Assembly: GCA_965263355.1 (NCBI GenBank)
Contig: CBDHHL010000056.1
Location: 864,001 to 928,000, forward strand
Reading direction: 5' to 3'
Origin: Leptolyngbyaceae cyanobacterium
Lineage (GTDB): Bacteria > Cyanobacteriota > Cyanobacteriia > Phormidesmidales > Phormidesmidaceae
Length of the DNA stretch: 64,000 bases
The position numbers and the translations under genes were made by a program. Below the pieces are notes generated by a model. The model had not been told where the DNA came from, ran no database searches, and worked only from the letters and a program-made list of their open reading frames with translations. Position 1 is the first letter of the stretch; the number at the start of each line of letters is the position of its first letter. Of this stretch, positions 59,204-64,000 are shown piece by piece.

Positions 59204-61309
59204 ATGCGTTATTTTGACGAGTATTGCGAAATCCATCTTGAATCAGATGCGGCACCCTTTAAGTGGGTCTTTAAGAGTGGCGAGTCAATTCAGATTAGGT
59301 TTGGTGTCTCGCTTGCCCGTCATCCCGAGCGTGGGTACGTCACATTAGAAGCTCGAGATCCTCAGGGAGGGGTCTCAACTCAGCAGATTGCAGCCCACGA
59401 AGTCGGTATTACAGAAAACAGTTTTAAGCTTTTTGCGGTCATCCTACCAGCCGGATCAAATGGAACAGGTTATCGGTATCGGGTGGGATATAGAGATCGA
59501 CAGGGTCATATGCACGCGAGCCAACAAACACGCTGTTTGATGGTGTGTGATGAAGCGCTCCTCTCCATGCAAGAAGTTGAGTCTGTTTTGTTAGATGTTG
59601 TTGATGGTAATGTCCTTTATGGTCCTCGACCGACAGTTCCAATGTCCGCCAGCCCTCAAAACTGGGCCAATCGATTGTTTTATTCGTTGATTATCGACCG
59701 ATTTTCCCAAAGTACCACCGAAAATCGGCAAGGTTTGGGCTTTGTCCCCTATAATTTGACTTCTCCTTACACGAGCCATGGGGGAACTTTACAGGGAATT
59801 CGGGAAAAGTTGACCTACCTTAAGGACCTGGGGATTGGCGCGCTGATGGTCAGTCCAGTCTATGTGAATGAAGCCAGTGGTTATCATGGTTATCACCCGA
59901 TTCATCTGCTGATGGTGGATCCTCGCTTGGGTACGTTGCAGTTACTGCAGGATTTGGTGGAGGAAGCTCATGCCCTCGATATAGCCGTCATCTTAGATGT
60001 GGTGGTGAATCACCTGGCAGATAACATTGATTGGGAAGAATATGGGGGACCTCCCGGCGGAGAATTCAAATATGTGCGGGGGGATAGTGCCGCTGTGATG
60101 CCCTTTCCGGTGGAGACGCGCAATACCCTGTTGTTTCATGGCCCTGAATATACCGACCTGGTCAACCAACGGTTGTTTGGATTCTTGGAAGACTGGCGCA
60201 CTGAGAAAACCTATGTGCGTCAGCTGCTGGTAGATCATCTCAAGTACTGGTTGGCCGTTACAGATGTGGATGGTTTTCGATATGATTCGGCCCGTCACGT
60301 GGGTACAGACTTTTGGCAACCGTGTGTGGCCGAAATTTCGAGATATGCTCGCTATCTGGGCAAAACTGATTTCTTGCAAATTGCTGAACATGCGGGCAGT
60401 TGCCATGAGGAACTGACGGCTTATAATGCGGCCAATTTCTCAGGTTTTTTGGACTATCCTACCCATTACACGTTGAAACATGCGCTTGGGGATGGAGATT
60501 GGTTGAGCGGGTTTGCAGACTATTTTTGTGGGTTACTAATGCCCACGTCAACTTATGTTCAAGGTTGGCGCAACAACTTAATGTTTTTGGATAATCAAGA
60601 TACAACACGGATTTTACATGAGTTTTTAATCCGTCATGCGGATCGGGCCAAGGCAACCAGTTGTTTACATTTTGCGTTGGCTTGTTCCATCCTAGGTCCT
60701 CAGAGGCCAGCCATTTATGCAGGGACCGAACAAGAGTTCTCTGGCGCGCTGGGAATGCATCAACGGGAGGATACAGGCGAGTGGATTGGCCATGACTGCC
60801 ATGTGCGGGAGGATATGTTTGATAACCCGTCCTGTGTTTGGAAGTTTGGTCCTATTAATCGCAAGGTGTTTCAGCCCTATAATCAGGAACATGAAACGTT
60901 TCAGCTGATTCAGTCACTGGCAGATGTTCGTAGGCGGATGGCAAATATTCAGAGTTGCGATCGCACCATCTTAATTTCAAAAGATCATGGTTTACGCTGT
61001 GTTTTACTCCACGATGCCCAAGGCACTCCCCCCTGCTTGGTCGTGATGAATTTAGGCATACAGCATCTGGCAGAAACTAATATTTCTATTCCCGAAAGCC
61101 ACGGCCAGATTGTGGGTCTGGAAGTGCAGGCTGCCACAGCTGGCGGACAGCTAGCGTGGATAGATCAAACCCTACAAACTCAACTGCCGCCATTTGCCTT
61201 TGTGCTAGCGCAGTTGGATATTCGCCACCGGCCTATTGTCAACGAACAATGGCATCCTTTTAAGGAGCAAACTCTGGTCGCTCGTCAAGCAGAAGTGGCT
61301 AATGCTTAA
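59204..61309 (+). CDS. GH13 alpha-amylase family glycoside hydrolase/transglycosylase
   Basis: IIDRF, HGGTLQGI, YHGYHP, DVVVNH, DGFRYDSARH (nucleophile), IAEH (acid/base) and FLDNQD. ATG at 59204 preferred over TTG at 59195. Confidence 0.9.
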   Translation: MRYFDEYCEIHLESDAAPFKWVFKSGESIQIRFGVSLARHPERGYVTLEARDPQGGVSTQQIAAHEVGITENSFKLFAVILPAGSNGTGYRYRVGYRDRQGHMHASQQTRCLMVCDEALLSMQEVESVLLDVVDGNVLYGPRPTVPMSASPQNWANRLFYSLIIDRFSQSTTENRQGLGFVPYNLTSPYTSHGGTLQGIREKLTYLKDLGIGALMVSPVYVNEASGYHGYHPIHLLMVDPRLGTLQLLQDLVEEAHALDIAVILDVVVNHLADNIDWEEYGGPPGGEFKYVRGDSAAVMPFPVETRNTLLFHGPEYTDLVNQRLFGFLEDWRTEKTYVRQLLVDHLKYWLAVTDVDGFRYDSARHVGTDFWQPCVAEISRYARYLGKTDFLQIAEHAGSCHEELTAYNAANFSGFLDYPTHYTLKHALGDGDWLSGFADYFCGLLMPTSTYVQGWRNNLMFLDNQDTTRILHEFLIRHADRAKATSCLHFALACSILGPQRPAIYAGTEQEFSGALGMHQREDTGEWIGHDCHVREDMFDNPSCVWKFGPINRKVFQPYNQEHETFQLIQSLADVRRRMANIQSCDRTILISKDHGLRCVLLHDAQGTPPCLVVMNLGIQHLAETNISIPESHGQIVGLEVQAATAGGQLAWIDQTLQTQLPPFAFVLAQLDIRHRPIVNEQWHPFKEQTLVARQAEVANA

Positions 61310-61618
61310 AATTAAAATATTGGTATTTAGAAATTAATTATATGACAAGCTTAAAATTAAAATATTGGTATTTCCCGAAAGCCACGGCCAGATTGTGGGT
61401 CTGGAAGTGCAGGCTGCCACAGCTGGCGGACAGCTAGCGTGGATAGATCAAACCCTACAAACTCAACTGCCGCCATTTGCCTTTGTGCTAGCGCAGTTGG
61501 ATATTCGCCACCGGCCTATTGTCAACGAACAATGGCATCCTTTTAAGGAGCAAAGTCGCTCGTCAAGCAGAAGTGGCTAATGCTTAAAATTAAAATATTG
61601 GTATTTAGAAATTAATTA
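61089..61618 (+). repeat. Tandem duplication (~250 bp, 283-bp period) of the GH13 3' end and downstream spacer
   Basis: 61089-61340 is repeated at 61372-61618; the second copy lacks CTCTG. This produces the spurious ORF 61365..61580. Confidence 0.95.
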
Positions 61619-61630
61619 AGCAAACATTAT

Positions 61631-63082
61631 ATGACAAGCGACAAGTCTTCCCATGATATAGATTCTCACGCTGCTGAAGAACAGAAACCCTGGTCTGCTC
61701 GCTTGTTTTTCCTATCTGAGTCGATTCGGAACTTCATTCTATTTTGGTTTGGCCAATCACTCTCTCAAATCGGTACCCGTCTAACTGGATTTGGCCTTGG
61801 CATTTGGGTCTATCAGAATACCCATGCTGTCACTCAACTGAGCCTGGTTTTCTTTATCACCACATTACCAGGGGTGCTGCTGACACCGTTTATTGGTGTA
61901 CTGGTGGATCGGTGGAATCGGCGCTGGATTATCTTCTTTAGTGATTGTGGTGCGGCCCTTGTCACAGCAGCATTGCTCCTGCTACAAATGCATGGCCAGT
62001 TAGAAATTTGGCATACCTATATTTCTGCATTTGCCACCTCACTGTGCGGCTCCTTTCAAATGCTCGCTAAGGGAGCGGCCATTCCCATGATGGTGAGCAA
62101 AAAACAGTTGGGGCGCGTCAATGGTATGTTGCAATTTAGTCGAGCCCTAAGTGAAATTTCCGCTCCCGCCCTGGCGGGTGTTTTGGTGGGAACTTTAAAT
62201 CTAAGTGGTCTATTATGGCTAGATTTAAGCAGCTATGGCATTGGCCTAATTACCTTGCTATTTGTTTCGATTCCTCAACCTGAAACCGAGCCAGACTCCG
62301 ACTTAAATCGCTCTTTTCTAGAAGACATTTCCCAGAGTTGGCAGCTGATTTCTTCCCAAGTAGCCCTGCTAGTTCTGTTTGGATTCATGGGAGTTCACTT
62401 TTTTGTTAATGGCATGACTCGGGTATTGCTCAATCCGTTAGTGTTGTCATTCTCCAGTGCCCAGACCTTTGGCAGTGTAATGTCCCTAGGCAGTATTGGC
62501 ATGGTGATCGGCAGTATTCTGATGAGTATTTGGGGAGGCGGTCGCAATCAGTTAATCAGTTTGTTGGGGGCTTCGGTTATCAGTAGTGTGGGTTTGGTAA
62601 TTACTGGACTCAAACCATCGATAACTCTGATTTCCTGTGGCCTGTTTATTTCGTTCTTCACGTTGCCGATTATCTTGGGCACCAATCAAGCCATTTGGCA
62701 GCAGTCTATCCAACCGAGTTACCAGGGGCGAATCCTGTCTCTAGTGGGAACGTTTACAGGTTTTTTGGCCGCCATTGGGACCATTAGCGCCAGTCCGTTG
62801 GCCGATGTGATTCTAGAACCGATGTTTACTGATCAAGGACTGTTGGCGAGTACCGTTGGCAAATTGATTGAAACCGGTAGTGGGCGAGGTATTAGTTTCC
62901 TGATAATTTTAGAAGGTGGTTTGCTTTTGAGTACATCGTTGTTGGTATATGCCTACGTGCGATGGCAGAATCTAGAGTATGTGCTTGTAGAAGATTCTTC
63001 TGAAATTGTTGAACCATCAGAAATAGCAGTTCCAGAACCGCCAGAAACAGAAACAGAAGCCTCTCTGACATCAGTCAACTAA
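61631..63082 (+). CDS. MFS efflux transporter (DHA3/MefA-like, NRPS-associated)
   Basis: GVLVDRWNRR, YQGRILS and GSGRGIS; same family as 16738..18072. Confidence 0.9.
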   Translation: MTSDKSSHDIDSHAAEEQKPWSARLFFLSESIRNFILFWFGQSLSQIGTRLTGFGLGIWVYQNTHAVTQLSLVFFITTLPGVLLTPFIGVLVDRWNRRWIIFFSDCGAALVTAALLLLQMHGQLEIWHTYISAFATSLCGSFQMLAKGAAIPMMVSKKQLGRVNGMLQFSRALSEISAPALAGVLVGTLNLSGLLWLDLSSYGIGLITLLFVSIPQPETEPDSDLNRSFLEDISQSWQLISSQVALLVLFGFMGVHFFVNGMTRVLLNPLVLSFSSAQTFGSVMSLGSIGMVIGSILMSIWGGGRNQLISLLGASVISSVGLVITGLKPSITLISCGLFISFFTLPIILGTNQAIWQQSIQPSYQGRILSLVGTFTGFLAAIGTISASPLADVILEPMFTDQGLLASTVGKLIETGSGRGISFLIILEGGLLLSTSLLVYAYVRWQNLEYVLVEDSSEIVEPSEIAVPEPPETETEASLTSVN

Positions 63083-63106
63083 TCATTTCATTTTAACTCA
63101 ACGAAC

Positions 63107-64000
63107 ATGGACATCTCCCTGTCAACACCAGCACCAATTTTTATTCTTTGTTGCGATCGCTCCGGCTCTTCCTTATTGCGATATATCATCGATACCCATC
63201 CAGCCATTGCCGGTCCCGCTGAACTTAATTTAGGCCAAGTGTGTCGCAGTCTTTACTATCTAGTCACTGGGACCTTGGGCGAAACCATCTATGCTGAGAG
63301 TTCTGAAAAAGATAAACAAGTAATTGCCAGGGTACGTCAATTAGTTTTAGAACTCATGGAGGAATATGTTGCTGCCAAAGGAAAACGATTTTGGTGTGAA
63401 AAGTCTCCTCAGAACCTGCAGTTTCTCACTATTTTAAAAGCTGTTTTTCCCGAAGCTAAATATATTTGCCTATATCGCCATGGCATGGATGTTGTTCATT
63501 CTTGTTTAGAGAGTAGTCGATTATCTCTCATGCCAGAACAGCTAAGCTATGTTTGTCAGAATTCTGGCAGCATTGTGGGGGGGATGGTACAAAACTGGGT
63601 AGAAAAGACGCAACAGATCCTGACATTCGAGCAAACATATCCAGAGCAATGTTTTCCAATTAAGTACGAGTCCTACGTTGTTAATCCAGCCGCTACGCTC
63701 CAACCTATGTTCGAGTTTCTCGGGGTAGACTGGGATGAAACATTGTTAGATTCCGTCTTTTCAACTCAGCACGATCTAGGACCAGAGGATCCAAAAGTTG
63801 CTTATTCTAACCGAATTCATCAGGGGTCCATTGGCAAAGGGGCACAGATAGATACATTGCGAATTCCCTCGCCATTGATGACCCAGATGAATCAACTGCT
63901 GGAGACATTGAGTTATCCTACGGTAGGTGCAGACTGGGGCATAGATGCCTATGACAACTTGATCAACAACAGCTTTGAGAAAACGCAATCGGACAATGGG
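63107..64000 (+). CDS. PAPS-dependent sulfotransferase (Sulfotransfer_3/TPST-like); 3' end truncated by the window edge
   Basis: Not in the ORF track because it has no stop. Manual translation gives MDISLSTPAPIFILCCDRSGSSLLRYIIDTHP (5'-PSB loop), WCEKSP, LYRHGMDVVHS (3'-PB) and KYE...FLG. Confidence 0.88.
   Translation, partial: MDISLSTPAPIFILCCDRSGSSLLRYIIDTHPAIAGPAELNLGQVCRSLYYLVTGTLGETIYAESSEKDKQVIARVRQLVLELMEEYVAAKGKRFWCEKSPQNLQFLTILKAVFPEAKYICLYRHGMDVVHSCLESSRLSLMPEQLSYVCQNSGSIVGGMVQNWVEKTQQILTFEQTYPEQCFPIKYESYVVNPAATLQPMFEFLGVDWDETLLDSVFSTQHDLGPEDPKVAYSNRIHQGSIGKGAQIDTLRIPSPLMTQMNQLLETLSYPTVGADWGIDAYDNLINNSFEKTQSDNG

Larger units (their letters stand above)
1870..63160. repeat. Dispersed HIP1 octamers (GCGATCGC)
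   Basis: Seen at 1870, 4213, 5966, 11417, 14712, 17600, 19139, 22632, 27640, 30003, 41131, 43825, 45208, 49937, 50878, 53823, 55194, 60957 and 63153. Confidence 0.9.
14246..64000. other. Hybrid FAAL-PKS-NRPS lipopeptide biosynthetic gene cluster (right boundary outside the window)
   Basis: Twelve co-oriented minus-strand genes (five megasynthase ORFs plus tailoring and export genes) and a divergent GH13-MFS-sulfotransferase unit. Confidence 0.93.

Noticed and set aside
61365..61580. 71-aa ORF
   Set aside because: It is only the duplicated 3' end of the GH13 gene
21338..64000. Sulfazecin-type monobactam pathway (Cys-TE + sulfotransferase + MBL)
   Set aside because: The terminal A code is Orn-like rather than Dap, the TE keeps the canonical Asp position, and no Dap synthesis genes are visible; kept only as a speculative analogy

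Overview
Cyanobacterial genomic DNA: the HIP1 octamer GCGATCGC occurs at least 18 times and there is an SLH-OprB porin. The left ~14 kb holds accessory genes: a FIST protein with a cytoplasmic histidine kinase, a Rieske oxygenase, a DUF2993/LmeA-like protein, a FlaR-like kinase, a DOPA dioxygenase, a porin, and a redox/electrophile-stress gene string (pirin, ABM, YcaC-like hydrolase, ChrR-like cupin, SDR, TetR with two palindromic operators, CDGSH protein). From ~14.2 kb to the right edge is a large hybrid FAAL-PKS-NRPS lipopeptide biosynthetic gene cluster that continues beyond the window. The minus-strand assembly line is FAAL-ACP-KS-AT-DH(N-half) | LLM monooxygenase-DH(C-half)-KR-ACP | KS-AT | ACP-aminotransferase-(C-A-T)x3 | (C-A-T)x3-TE. 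Hand-read A-domain codes suggest a beta-amino fatty acid joined to (hydroxy)Pro-Asn-(iso-D-Asp/Glu)-(Lys/Arg)-Orn-Orn. Tailoring genes encode a proline 4-hydroxylase-like enzyme, an Asp/Glu racemase, two JMJD6-like JmjC oxygenases, an AT3-SGNH acyltransferase, an MBL-fold protein and two MFS exporters, plus a divergent GH13 alpha-amylase-like gene and a sulfotransferase. I do not recognise this combination as a characterised pathway. Unusual points are a DH domain split by a monooxygenase and a gene boundary, a split KS-AT/ACP-AMT module whose halves share a duplicated helix, and a Cys-nucleophile thioesterase. All domain and substrate calls were made by eye, with no database search.
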